In this document: in pieces, positions 53,026 through 61,509 of the stretch
How positions within the stretch are numbered: position 1 is the first letter of the stretch
How the letters are laid out: each line of letters opens with the position of its first letter
Source of the DNA: Syntrophales bacterium
GTDB lineage: Bacteria > Desulfobacterota > Syntrophia > Syntrophales > UBA6109
DNA: 64,000 nt
Direction: 5' to 3'
NCBI GenBank assembly: GCA_035366835.1
Contig: DAOSIS010000008.1
Location: 38,283-102,282, forward strand
Position numbers and translations under genes: made by a program
Notes under the pieces: generated by a model
Told to the model about the DNA's origin: nothing
What the model saw: the letters and a program-made list of their open reading frames with translations, nothing else
Databases searched by the model: none

Positions 53026-54245
53026 CCCGCTGCGGCTGCCGCGCGTCCGCAGTCGCGCCGCAGAAAACGTTCGAGCTGCACCGTGGCCTCGTCGCGGGGC
53101 ATGCCGCCGCACCGCGGCCAGCGGTCGAAATCGGCAACCCGCTTCCCTTCTTTCACCAGGCGCTCGTCGTGCCGGTAGGGGGAAACCATGTGGCTTTTTG
53201 CGATGCCGAGGAACTCCGCCTCCGTGAGGCCGACGAATTTCAGGAAGAGGTCCAGGCTCGGCGGCCTCCGGCCCTCATATTCCGCGATCGTTTCCAGGGC
53301 CTCCTCCCGGGAGAGGCGGCCGTTCCGGATGTCGATGGAAGCGAGGTGCGTGGGACGGCTGTAGCCCCGCTTGATATACTTGATATAATCGCGCACGCCC
53401 TGCAGGCAGCATTCGATCTTCTCATAGTCGTAACCGGGCGGGACGTTCTCCACTTCGTCGCCCCTCCATCCCAGTTCATCCCGGATGATCGCCGACTGCT
53501 TCTTGACGTCCCAGGGGATGAAGGATCCCAGGCACACGGAGCGGTAGTCGAGCTTCCGCAGCTCCTTGAGCGGAGGATAGCGGAAGGGGTCGAGGTCGCG
53601 GCTGTCCACCATTCCCTCGAGACGGACGAACATGTCGTCGGCGCCGATCCCCAGATTGATGTAGCGGTTGAAGCGCTTCTCGTCGACCTCTTCGGGCTGG
53701 TCGTAACTGTAATAGGCGGTGTATTCCGAGGAGGGCTCTCCCCAGATCACCAGCGGCACGCGGCAGTTGACCGCCACCCGCATGGGGTAGGCGAAGATCC
53801 CCGTGTGGCAGTGCCAGCAGAAGTCGCCCTTCTCGAGGAAGCTCTGGAGCATCAGTTTCTGGACGACGCGCCAGTTGGGCGTGAAGTGGTGCACGTCCAC
53901 CCCCAGGGCCCTGGCGGTCCGCAGGGTGTTTTCGATGACGTTCGGTCTGAGGAACCCGTGATCGAAGCGGACCACGAGCGGCTTCAGGCCGTACTCCTTC
54001 ACGAGGTAGTGCAGCGTCCACGTGCTGTCCTTGCCGCCGCTGAAGGGGACGATGCAATCGTAGTCGGCCTTGCCGCGGTACGACGCGATCAGCTGATCGA
54101 GCTCCCGCTTCTTCACGCCCCAGTCGATCGCCTTCTGCTTGAATTCCTGCTGGCGGCAGATGTTGCAGACCCCCGCTTCGTCGAAAATGATCGTTTCGTG
54201 GGTTTCCGGCAGGACGCAGCGGCTGCAGCGCTTGAGATCCTTCAT
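53022..54245 (-). CDS. pseA: N-acetyl sugar amidotransferase (PseA/WbuX/WbpG family)
   Basis: 407 aa. N-terminal Zn-ribbon CSRCVLPE..CNIC and PP-loop VPFSGGKDSTWTLHYL. Followed by a hisH/hisF-like pair, as in acetamidino-sugar loci. Confidence 0.8.
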   Translation of the reverse strand: MKDLKRCSRCVLPETHETIIFDEAGVCNICRQQEFKQKAIDWGVKKRELDQLIASYRGKADYDCIVPFSGGKDSTWTLHYLVKEYGLKPLVVRFDHGFLRPNVIENTLRTARALGVDVHHFTPNWRVVQKLMLQSFLEKGDFCWHCHTGIFAYPMRVAVNCRVPLVIWGEPSSEYTAYYSYDQPEEVDEKRFNRYINLGIGADDMFVRLEGMVDSRDLDPFRYPPLKELRKLDYRSVCLGSFIPWDVKKQSAIIRDELGWRGDEVENVPPGYDYEKIECCLQGVRDYIKYIKRGYSRPTHLASIDIRNGRLSREEALETIAEYEGRRPPSLDLFLKFVGLTEAEFLGIAKSHMVSPYRHDERLVKEGKRVADFDRWPRCGGMPRDEATVQLERFLRRDCGRAAAAAG

Positions 54246-54249
54246 GAAG

Positions 54250-55341
54250 TCAGCCCTCCCTCTCCAGGCTTCCGCCTGCTTGATGACGCGTTTCTTCGAT
54301 CATGTGCCAGTCGAGCGGCGTTCCCCGGTCGATGTCGATCCGGGCCTTTCTGCCCAGGATGCCCGGCAGGTGCCTGGGCGGCAGTCCGTAGCCGGGGCGG
54401 ATGGAACGGAGATTCTCTCCGGTGAACGTCTCGCCGGTCTTCACGTCCGCCACGACGAACAGGGAGCGGCGGAAGACCAGGCTCTGGTCTTCGGCGATCC
54501 CGATTCCGTAACGGACCTCGCCGAGGGCCTTCTCCGCGGTCCGAACGGCGTCGACCATCGTCCGGAATTCCTGCGGCTCCAGGGAAAAGGCGCTGTCCGG
54601 ACCCGCCACGCTCCGGGAAAGCGTGAAATGCTTTTCCACGAGGCAGGCGCCGAGGGCGACGGCCGCGACGGGGACGGCGGTGCCCAGGGTGTGGTCGGAA
54701 ATCCCCACCGGCACGCCGAACGTCGCGGCCATGGCGGGGATGGTCAGCAGGTTCATCGATTCCGGCGGTGCGGGATAGGCGCTCGTGCACTTGAGGAGCA
54801 TCTGCTCCGTAGAGCCGGCGCGGCGCGCCGCACGAAGGGCGTCGGCGATCTCGGTTTCCGAGGCCATGCCCGTCGAGAGGATCAGCGGCTTGCCCGTCGC
54901 CGCCATCTTTTCGATCAGTCCGATGTCCACGATCTCGAAGGAGGCCACCTTGTAGGCCGGCACGTTCATGCGCTCCAGAAAATCGACCGCCGCATCGTCG
55001 AAGGGAGACGAGAACAGATCCATGCCCAGCCGTCCGGCGGTCTCCTTCAATTCCGGCTGCCATTCCCAGGGCGTGGCCGCTTCGGCGTACAGGTCGTAGA
55101 GCGTCCGGCCGTTCCAGAGGGTGTCCTTGATGCGGAAGGCCTCGCCGCCGCAATCGATGGTCAGCGAATCCGCCCGGTAGGTCTGGATCTTCACCGCGTC
55201 GGCGCCCCCTTCCTTGGCGGCCTCGACGATGCGCACCGCCTCGCGGAAGTCGTTGTGATGGTTCGCCGACATCTCGGCCACGATGTAGACGGGCCGGTTG
55301 CGGCCGACGAAGCGGTTACCGATCCGGATGCCCGTTTCCAT
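54250..55341 (-). CDS. pseI: Nonulosonic acid synthase (PseI/NeuB family)
   Basis: 363 aa. NRPVYIVAEMSANHHNDFREAVRIVEAAKEGGADAVKIQTY plus a C-terminal SAF-like region. Confidence 0.85.
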   Translation of the reverse strand: METGIRIGNRFVGRNRPVYIVAEMSANHHNDFREAVRIVEAAKEGGADAVKIQTYRADSLTIDCGGEAFRIKDTLWNGRTLYDLYAEAATPWEWQPELKETAGRLGMDLFSSPFDDAAVDFLERMNVPAYKVASFEIVDIGLIEKMAATGKPLILSTGMASETEIADALRAARRAGSTEQMLLKCTSAYPAPPESMNLLTIPAMAATFGVPVGISDHTLGTAVPVAAVALGACLVEKHFTLSRSVAGPDSAFSLEPQEFRTMVDAVRTAEKALGEVRYGIGIAEDQSLVFRRSLFVVADVKTGETFTGENLRSIRPGYGLPPRHLPGILGRKARIDIDRGTPLDWHMIEETRHQAGGSLEREG

Positions 55342-56110
55342 GGACAGGTCCTTTCAGGGATTCTTCGTCCAGCAGTTCCATACGCAGGTAGATCTTCCGT
55401 CCGTTCCGCCGGACGAAGGCGCCGCCGTAGGGCGGGAAGGTCTGCGCCCGGATCAGGTCGATGAGGCGTCCCGCGGGATAGGATGCCTCGGGATCGATCT
55501 CCGCCAGCCTTTCCAGGTCGCGAACCCTGTGGAAGGTCCCGCAGGAAGGCGACTGGGACCGGCGCGGCAGGGAGCCGGTCCGGATCGCAGGCCAGGAATC
55601 GGCGAAGAGTCCGATGCAGGCCTCCTCCAGTTTTCGGTACAGCGTCTCGGCCGTGTCGGTCGGATCGGCCGCCACCGCGCGCTGCGCGAGGATGTCCCCC
55701 GTGTCGATCCCCTCGTCGACCATGTGGATCGTTGCGCCGGCCGGGGTTCCGTCGAGGATGCTCCAGGCGTTCGGATGGGCGCCGCGGTTGTAGGGCAGCA
55801 GGGCGGGGTGGAGGTTGATCACGCCCCGTGGAAAGAGATCTAGGATCTCTCTCCGGAGGAGATAGCCGAAAAAGGCGCTGACCCCCATCTCGGGCCGCAG
55901 GTCCCGGAGACGCCCGAAAACGTCGGGATCGGAGAGCCGTGATCCGTCGAGAAGGGCATCGGGCGCCGCGGCGTCCGCGAGGATCTCCCCGCCGAACTTG
56001 CGCCGCTCCGGCGGGTGGAGAACGAACCCGGCGATCTCTTCGCCGGCTTCCTGCAGGTGCCTCAGGACCTGCCAGCCGACCCGGTTGTTGCCGAAGAAGA
56101 CGATCCTCAC
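55316..56110 (-). CDS. Formyltransferase-domain protein
   Basis: 264 aa. Formyl_trans_N motifs INLHPALLPYNRGAHP and VDEGIDTGDIL. No tRNA-binding C-domain. Confidence 0.75.
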   Translation of the reverse strand: MRIVFFGNNRVGWQVLRHLQEAGEEIAGFVLHPPERRKFGGEILADAAAPDALLDGSRLSDPDVFGRLRDLRPEMGVSAFFGYLLRREILDLFPRGVINLHPALLPYNRGAHPNAWSILDGTPAGATIHMVDEGIDTGDILAQRAVAADPTDTAETLYRKLEEACIGLFADSWPAIRTGSLPRRSQSPSCGTFHRVRDLERLAEIDPEASYPAGRLIDLIRAQTFPPYGGAFVRRNGRKIYLRMELLDEESLKGPVHGNGHPDR

Positions 56111-57168
56111 GCGACCTTTCCTTTCCGTCGTTTCATCAGGGTCCTGACGATCCGTTCCGCACCGCGCCCGTCGATCAGCTTCCGTCCCCGGCGCCGCATC
56201 TCCCGCCGCGCCGCGGCGTCGTTCAGCAGGCCCTCCGCCGCTGCCGCGATCCGGGATGCGAGCGTGCGGTCGGGCCGGCCCAGGTTCAGGGCGATCCCGG
56301 CCTCGTGCAGGGACGCGGCGATCGGGGCCTGGTTGTCCGCCGCGACCACCAGAAGCGCCGGCAGGCCCAGGCAGGCCATTTCCCAGCAGGTGCTTCCCGC
56401 GGCGGCGACGGCGACATCCGCCCAGGCCATGTGCTCCGCCATGTTCTCCGCCGCCGGGATCACTTCGCCGCGCAGAGAGGCCGCGCGCATTTCTTCACGG
56501 CAGCGCGCCTCGTCCGGGCTGGCGGGGCCGACGACGGTGCGGACTTCCACGCCAGCCGTTGCGAGGCCCCGCAGGGCGCGGATCGTCGTCGGGCCGAGTC
56601 CGAGCGGATCGGCGCCGCCCATGGTCACGAGGATCCGGCCGGCCTCGGCGCGAACCCTTTTCCGGTCGGCCTTCCGTTCCAGAAATTCTCGGCGGATCAT
56701 CGCGAAGCGGCTCCCCAGGAGGAGGCGGGTCCTTCTTCCTGTCGTCGGGTAGAGGTCCTCCCGGGCGTAGAGATTCGCATTGATCACGATCTCGGCCTCA
56801 TACCGCCCCGCGACGCCGTTGTCGTCGATCTGCGCCACCGGCAGCCCCCCGCTGCGGACCGCCGCGACATAGGCGGCGCCGAAGGCGTATCCGTCCACGG
56901 CCACCCAGGAAGCACCGATCTCCCTGCCGAGGGCGGCCGTCTTCCGGGCGTCCGTGTTTCCCCCTGTCGCTGCGTTCAGGACCGCCGCCTTCATCCCCCC
57001 GCTGGCCAGACGCCCTTCCATCGCCGACGACGCCGAGCCGAACGCGAAGAAGACGTCTCCGGCCAGTTCCCGCCAGGCCTGCGCCAGCGCGATGCAGCGC
57101 ATCACATGGCCCGTGCCGATCCGTTCGTTGCCGTCGGCGCGGATGAGGAGGGTTCCGCCCATCTTCAT
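56107..57168 (-). CDS. pseG: UDP-2,4-diacetamido-2,4,6-trideoxy-hexose hydrolase PseG
   Basis: 353 aa from ATG 57168 (ATGA-coupled). LLIRADGNERIGTGHVMRCIALAQAW and a C-terminal GT-B-like GSTCWEMACLGLPAL. Confidence 0.8.
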   Translation of the reverse strand: MKMGGTLLIRADGNERIGTGHVMRCIALAQAWRELAGDVFFAFGSASSAMEGRLASGGMKAAVLNAATGGNTDARKTAALGREIGASWVAVDGYAFGAAYVAAVRSGGLPVAQIDDNGVAGRYEAEIVINANLYAREDLYPTTGRRTRLLLGSRFAMIRREFLERKADRKRVRAEAGRILVTMGGADPLGLGPTTIRALRGLATAGVEVRTVVGPASPDEARCREEMRAASLRGEVIPAAENMAEHMAWADVAVAAAGSTCWEMACLGLPALLVVAADNQAPIAASLHEAGIALNLGRPDRTLASRIAAAAEGLLNDAAARREMRRRGRKLIDGRGAERIVRTLMKRRKGKVA

Positions 57169-59249
57169 GCCTTCCGGAAGACGGCCTGGACGGGCTCGCC
57201 TTCCAGCCGTGCGGCGACGTCGTCGCAGCGGATTGCGTCCGCGAGGATCTCCAGCGCGGCGCGGTATGCGCGCAGCGTCTCGTCGATGTCGGCGTCGGTA
57301 TGCAGGAGACAGAGGTTCTGGGCGCCTGCAAAGAGGATGCCGCGCTTGAGGCACTCCTGCTGGAAAAGGCTCTTGTACAGAAGCGATTCCGCCCCCGTCG
57401 CATCGCGGAAGCCGATGACGGTCCGCGGCGCGTAACCGCGGCAATCGGTGTACGCCCCGACCCCGAAGGCCTGCGCCAGCACGTTGTAGCCGTCCTGCAG
57501 CTTCCGTCCCTGTTCCCAAAGGTGACCGACGACGTTGCGGCGCTGCATCTCGAGAATCGTCGCCTTCGCGGCGGCCAGGGAAAGCGCCTCGCCGCCGAAG
57601 GTGAAGGAAAAGAACACCTCGTCGAAAAGGGACATGATCTCGCGTTTGCCGACGACCGCGGACAGCGGGTATCCGTTGGCGATGGCCTTGCCGAAGCAGG
57701 CGAGGTCGGGCGTCACGCCGAAGTGCTGCTGGGCGCCGCCCAGGGCCATGCGGAAGCCGGTGATCATCTCGTCGAAGACGAGCACGCTCCCTTCCCGGCT
57801 CGTCAGATCCCGCAGCCTTTCGAGAAAGTCGTCCTGCGGTGCGGCGATGCCGACGGGCTCCAGGATGACCGCCGCCACGCGGTCCGGGTGTTCGCGGAAG
57901 ATCCGCTCCGCCGAGGCGATATCGTTGTAGGAAAAGGGGGCCGTCAGGGCGCGGCAGCTCTCCGGAACGCCGCGGTTTCTTGTCGTCGATCCGATGTACC
58001 AGTCCTGCCAGCCGTGATAGCCGCAGCAGGCGATCACGTCCCTGCCCGTGAAGGCGCGCGCGGCGCGGACGGCGCCGGCGGTCGCATCGGAGCCGTTCTT
58101 CCCGAAGCGGACCATCTCCGCGCAGGGAATGACCTCCGTCAGCATCTCGGCAACTTCCACCTCCAAGGGATGGGGGAGGGAGAAGGACGTTCCGTCCGCC
58201 ATCTGCCGGGTCACGGCTTCCGTCACGGCGGGGTAGTCGTGTCCGAGAATCACGGGGCCCAGCGCCAGGGGGTAGTCGATGTACTCGTTCCCGTCGACGT
58301 CCCAGACGCGGCAGCCCTTTCCGCGGGCGAGAAATGCGGGTGCAACCCCCTGGACAAACTGCGTCGGCCCCTTGCTCATGGTCTGCGTGCACGAGGGGAT
58401 GACCCGCCGGGCGCGCGCGAGGAGGGCCAGGGATTTCGTGAGGCTTCGCGAACGCGGCGGCAGCGCCGTTTCGCGGGCCAGGGACTTGTAGAACCCCTCG
58501 TTGCGGACGCCGTCGGCGTTGATCTGCGCGATGCCGGGCTCGCGGTCCAGGAGGGCGAGGACTTCCTGCAAACCGAAGCGGTTGCCGTTGCCGCCGAGCC
58601 GCTCGTAGACGGCGCGCACGAACTGCAGGTCCGCCGGTTCGTCGACGGTCCAGCGGAGGTTGCGGGGCGACAGATCGGTTTCGTTTTCGACGCCGGCGAT
58701 GCGGAAACGCCGGGGGTTGCGAATGTAGCTCGTCACGTGTTCGCGGTCCGCGGGCAGGCGCGCCTCTTTCCAGGCCTGCGCCAGCGCTGCGAAGGAAAAG
58801 GACTCGACGTCCAGGCCGTCCGGATAGGTGTAGCGGAGGCGGTTCGTCACATAGTCGACGTCCCCGGCGAACCCGCGGAGGACGACCTTGTCCACGACGG
58901 CGGGATCGATCAGCGGGCAGTCGGCGGTGATCCGCACGACGACGTCGGCGCGGAATTCGGCGGCGGCGCGATAGAAGCGGTCCAGGACATCGTCTTCGCT
59001 GCCGCGGAAGACGTCGATGCGGCGGGCCCGGCAGAACGCTTCGACGGCGTCGTCCGCGGAACGGTCCGTCGTGGCGACGACGACCCTCTCCACGGTCCGC
59101 GCCTGCCTGACGCGCTCGACGACATGCTGCAGCATCGGCTTGTCCAGGATCGGCTCCAGGACCTTGTTCGGCAGACGGCTCGAACCCATCCGGGCCTGAA
59201 CCACGGCGACGACATGGGGCTTCTTGCGCAAAGGTTTGCTCCTCTCCAT
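57165..59249 (-). CDS. Fusion protein: SpsF-like cytidylyltransferase (N-terminal) :: class-III aminotransferase (GSA-aminomutase-like, C-terminal)
   Basis: 694 aa in one frame with no stop. N-domain VVAVVQARMGSSRLPNKV..FRGSEDDVLDRF..RITADCPLIDP. C-domain RVWDVDGNEYIDY..FDEMITGFR..FGKAIANGYPLSAV. The boundary is near 58466. Confidence 0.8.
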   Translation of the reverse strand: MERSKPLRKKPHVVAVVQARMGSSRLPNKVLEPILDKPMLQHVVERVRQARTVERVVVATTDRSADDAVEAFCRARRIDVFRGSEDDVLDRFYRAAAEFRADVVVRITADCPLIDPAVVDKVVLRGFAGDVDYVTNRLRYTYPDGLDVESFSFAALAQAWKEARLPADREHVTSYIRNPRRFRIAGVENETDLSPRNLRWTVDEPADLQFVRAVYERLGGNGNRFGLQEVLALLDREPGIAQINADGVRNEGFYKSLARETALPPRSRSLTKSLALLARARRVIPSCTQTMSKGPTQFVQGVAPAFLARGKGCRVWDVDGNEYIDYPLALGPVILGHDYPAVTEAVTRQMADGTSFSLPHPLEVEVAEMLTEVIPCAEMVRFGKNGSDATAGAVRAARAFTGRDVIACCGYHGWQDWYIGSTTRNRGVPESCRALTAPFSYNDIASAERIFREHPDRVAAVILEPVGIAAPQDDFLERLRDLTSREGSVLVFDEMITGFRMALGGAQQHFGVTPDLACFGKAIANGYPLSAVVGKREIMSLFDEVFFSFTFGGEALSLAAAKATILEMQRRNVVGHLWEQGRKLQDGYNVLAQAFGVGAYTDCRGYAPRTVIGFRDATGAESLLYKSLFQQECLKRGILFAGAQNLCLLHTDADIDETLRAYRAALEILADAIRCDDVAARLEGEPVQAVFRKA

Positions 59250-59251
59250 TC

Positions 59252-60289
59252 TCAACGACCTTCCATGTGCACGAATGCGTTGGATTTCGCCGAACGTTTT
59301 GCGGCGAAGGCGATCTCGAGGACGCGCGCGGCCTCGGCGACGTCGAGGCAGGTCCGCGTGCGGCCGGCCCGGGAAGCGAGGAAGTGACGCATTTCGTCGA
59401 CATACATGCGGTTGACGTCCCAGGCCCGGGGGGTGCGGAAAGTGCGCCAGCAGCCGTCGCCGGCTGCAAACCAGCGGACGGTCCCGGCCGTGAAGTCCCA
59501 GGCGATCGTGCCCTCCTCGCCGACGATCTTGCAGCGGCGGCTGTAGGCGCGTTGGACGTAGTCGAGGTGGACTTCCCCCACGGCCCCGCGGTTGAAGTAC
59601 AGCAGCATCGCCGCCGTGTCCTCCGTCCGCATCTCGAGGCTGCTGAAAATGCCTGCCATGCAGGCGACGGACTTGACCTCGCCGATCAGCCAGCGGATGT
59701 AATCGATCTCGTGAATGGCGTCGAGGATGACGCCCCCGCCGAGGTCGACGCGCGCGCTGTAGCCGGTCCGGTAGTCTTCGGTCGGGTGCCAGTCCGGCAG
59801 GTACTGGCCGAATTCGACGCTGGCCGACACCACCCGACCGATCTTCCTCTCCTCCAGGAGCTGTTTCACGCGCACGAGCCCGGGATGGAAGCGCAGATTG
59901 CATCCCACCATGCTGACGAGGTCGCTTTTCCGCACCAGCCGGGTCAGTTCCCCGATTCCGCCCGTCCGGTCGGAGAGGGGTTTTTCGATGAAGAGGTCGC
60001 AGCCGCGCCGGGCCGCCTCGAGGGCCAGTTCGACGTGCGAAGACGGCGGCGTCGCGATGAGGACGATATCCGGATTCCATTTCCAGGCCGCCGAGAAGCT
60101 GGTTCCGGCCTCGATCCCGAACCGGGCCGCGGTCTCCCGCGCCCGCTCCGTCGCTCCGTCGCAGGCGCGGATGTCCCCCGCGCGCAGGGCGATCAGGTTC
60201 GAGATGTGGCGCTTTCCGATCGAACCGCACCCGATCACGAGGATGCGCGGCCTCTGCGGGTCCTTGGCGCGTACGGATCGGTTCTTCAT
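59252..60289 (-). CDS. Gfo/Idh/MocA-family NAD(P)-dependent oxidoreductase
   Basis: 345 aa. N-terminal Rossmann motif RILVIGCGSIGKRH and a Gfo/Idh/MocA-like C-domain. ATGA-coupled to pseC. Confidence 0.75.
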   Translation of the reverse strand: MKNRSVRAKDPQRPRILVIGCGSIGKRHISNLIALRAGDIRACDGATERARETAARFGIEAGTSFSAAWKWNPDIVLIATPPSSHVELALEAARRGCDLFIEKPLSDRTGGIGELTRLVRKSDLVSMVGCNLRFHPGLVRVKQLLEERKIGRVVSASVEFGQYLPDWHPTEDYRTGYSARVDLGGGVILDAIHEIDYIRWLIGEVKSVACMAGIFSSLEMRTEDTAAMLLYFNRGAVGEVHLDYVQRAYSRRCKIVGEEGTIAWDFTAGTVRWFAAGDGCWRTFRTPRAWDVNRMYVDEMRHFLASRAGRTRTCLDVAEAARVLEIAFAAKRSAKSNAFVHMEGR

Positions 60290-61509
60290 GCCTGCTCCTT
60301 GCCCGCATCGCGGGACGCGGCCCGCCGAACGGCTTCGATCACCCGGCTCAGGTCCTCGTCCGTCATGGCCGGAAAGATGGGGAGGCTGATCAGCTCGTCG
60401 TGGGCGGATTCGGCAACGGGGTAATCGCCGCGCCGGTATCCGTAGCGTTTCGAATAGTAGGGGTGAAGGTGGACGGGCAGGTAGTGGACGTTGGCCCCGA
60501 TCCCCTGCTCCCGCAGGAGGCGGAAGAAATTTCCGCGGTCGCCGCCGGCGCCGTTCGCCCGGTAGCGCACCGGGTAGAGATGATAGGCGTGACGTACGTC
60601 AGGCGATGTCGCCGGAATCCGGAGCGTCTCCCATCCCGAGAAGGCCCGATCGTATGCCGCGGCGATCTCACGGCGCCGCGACAGGATGTCCGGAAGCCTG
60701 CGGAGCTGGCTTGTCCCCAGCGCGCACGCGATGTCGCTGAGGCGATAATTGTAGCCGAGGTCCATCATCCCGTATTGCCAGGTCCCGCTCTCCGACCTTT
60801 GCCGGTGATCGGTGTCGATGCCGTGATTGCGGAAACGGCGCATCTTGTCTGCGAGGACGGCGTGGTCCGTCGTAATCATTCCGCCCTCTCCGGTCGTAAT
60901 GTGCTTCACGGGATGGAAACTGAAGACGGTGAGGTCCGCGAGCGTTCCCGTCTTTCTTCCCCTGTACTCGGCGCCCAGGGAATGGCAGGCATCGGCGATG
61001 AGGACCAGCCCGTGCCGGTCGGCAAGGGCGCGGAGGGCGTCGTAATCGCAGGGCTGTCCCGCGTAATCGACGGCGACGAGGGCGCGGGTCCGATCGGAGA
61101 CGCATTCCTCCGCCGCCGCGGGGTCGAGCAGCAGCGTTGCCGGGTCGACGTCCGCGAAGATCGGATGACCGCCCTGGTAGAGCACGGCGTTGGCCGTGGC
61201 GACAAACGTCAGCGGCGGGACGATCACGGGATCGCCCGGTCCGATCCCGGCTGCGTACATGGCGGCGTGCAGGGCGGCCGTGCCGCTCGAGACGGCTACG
61301 GCGTATCGGGCCCCGATGGAGGCCGCAAAGGCGTTTTCGAACTCCTCGACGGAAGGTCCCGTTGTCAGCCAGTCCGATTCCAGGACCCGCACGACGGCGT
61401 CGATGTCGTTCTCGTCGACGGATTGCCGTCCATAGGGAATGACGGGGCTTCTGTCGCAGGGACCGTTCCACTTGGCCCTTCTGGGGATTCTCAAGGGGAT
61501 GGTGATCAT
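60286..61509 (-). CDS. pseC: DegT/DnrJ/EryC1-type aminotransferase PseC
   Basis: 407 aa from ATG 61509 (ATGA-coupled). IPYGRQSVDENDIDAVVRVLESDWLTTGPSV and PLP-Lys region SFHPVKHITTGEGGMI. Confidence 0.85.
   Translation of the reverse strand: MITIPLRIPRRAKWNGPCDRSPVIPYGRQSVDENDIDAVVRVLESDWLTTGPSVEEFENAFAASIGARYAVAVSSGTAALHAAMYAAGIGPGDPVIVPPLTFVATANAVLYQGGHPIFADVDPATLLLDPAAAEECVSDRTRALVAVDYAGQPCDYDALRALADRHGLVLIADACHSLGAEYRGRKTGTLADLTVFSFHPVKHITTGEGGMITTDHAVLADKMRRFRNHGIDTDHRQRSESGTWQYGMMDLGYNYRLSDIACALGTSQLRRLPDILSRRREIAAAYDRAFSGWETLRIPATSPDVRHAYHLYPVRYRANGAGGDRGNFFRLLREQGIGANVHYLPVHLHPYYSKRYGYRRGDYPVAESAHDELISLPIFPAMTDEDLSRVIEAVRRAASRDAGKEQA

Noticed and set aside
56107-60308. The 1120-aa (56107-59469) and 1047-aa (57165-60308) minus-strand ORFs, considered as giant multidomain proteins.
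   Set aside because: Only the 3' parts (PseG from 57168; the cytidylyltransferase::aminotransferase from 59249) show family-like sequence. The 5' extensions are Arg/Pro-rich and overlap neighbouring genes in other frames. ATGA-coupled internal starts fit the operon pattern.
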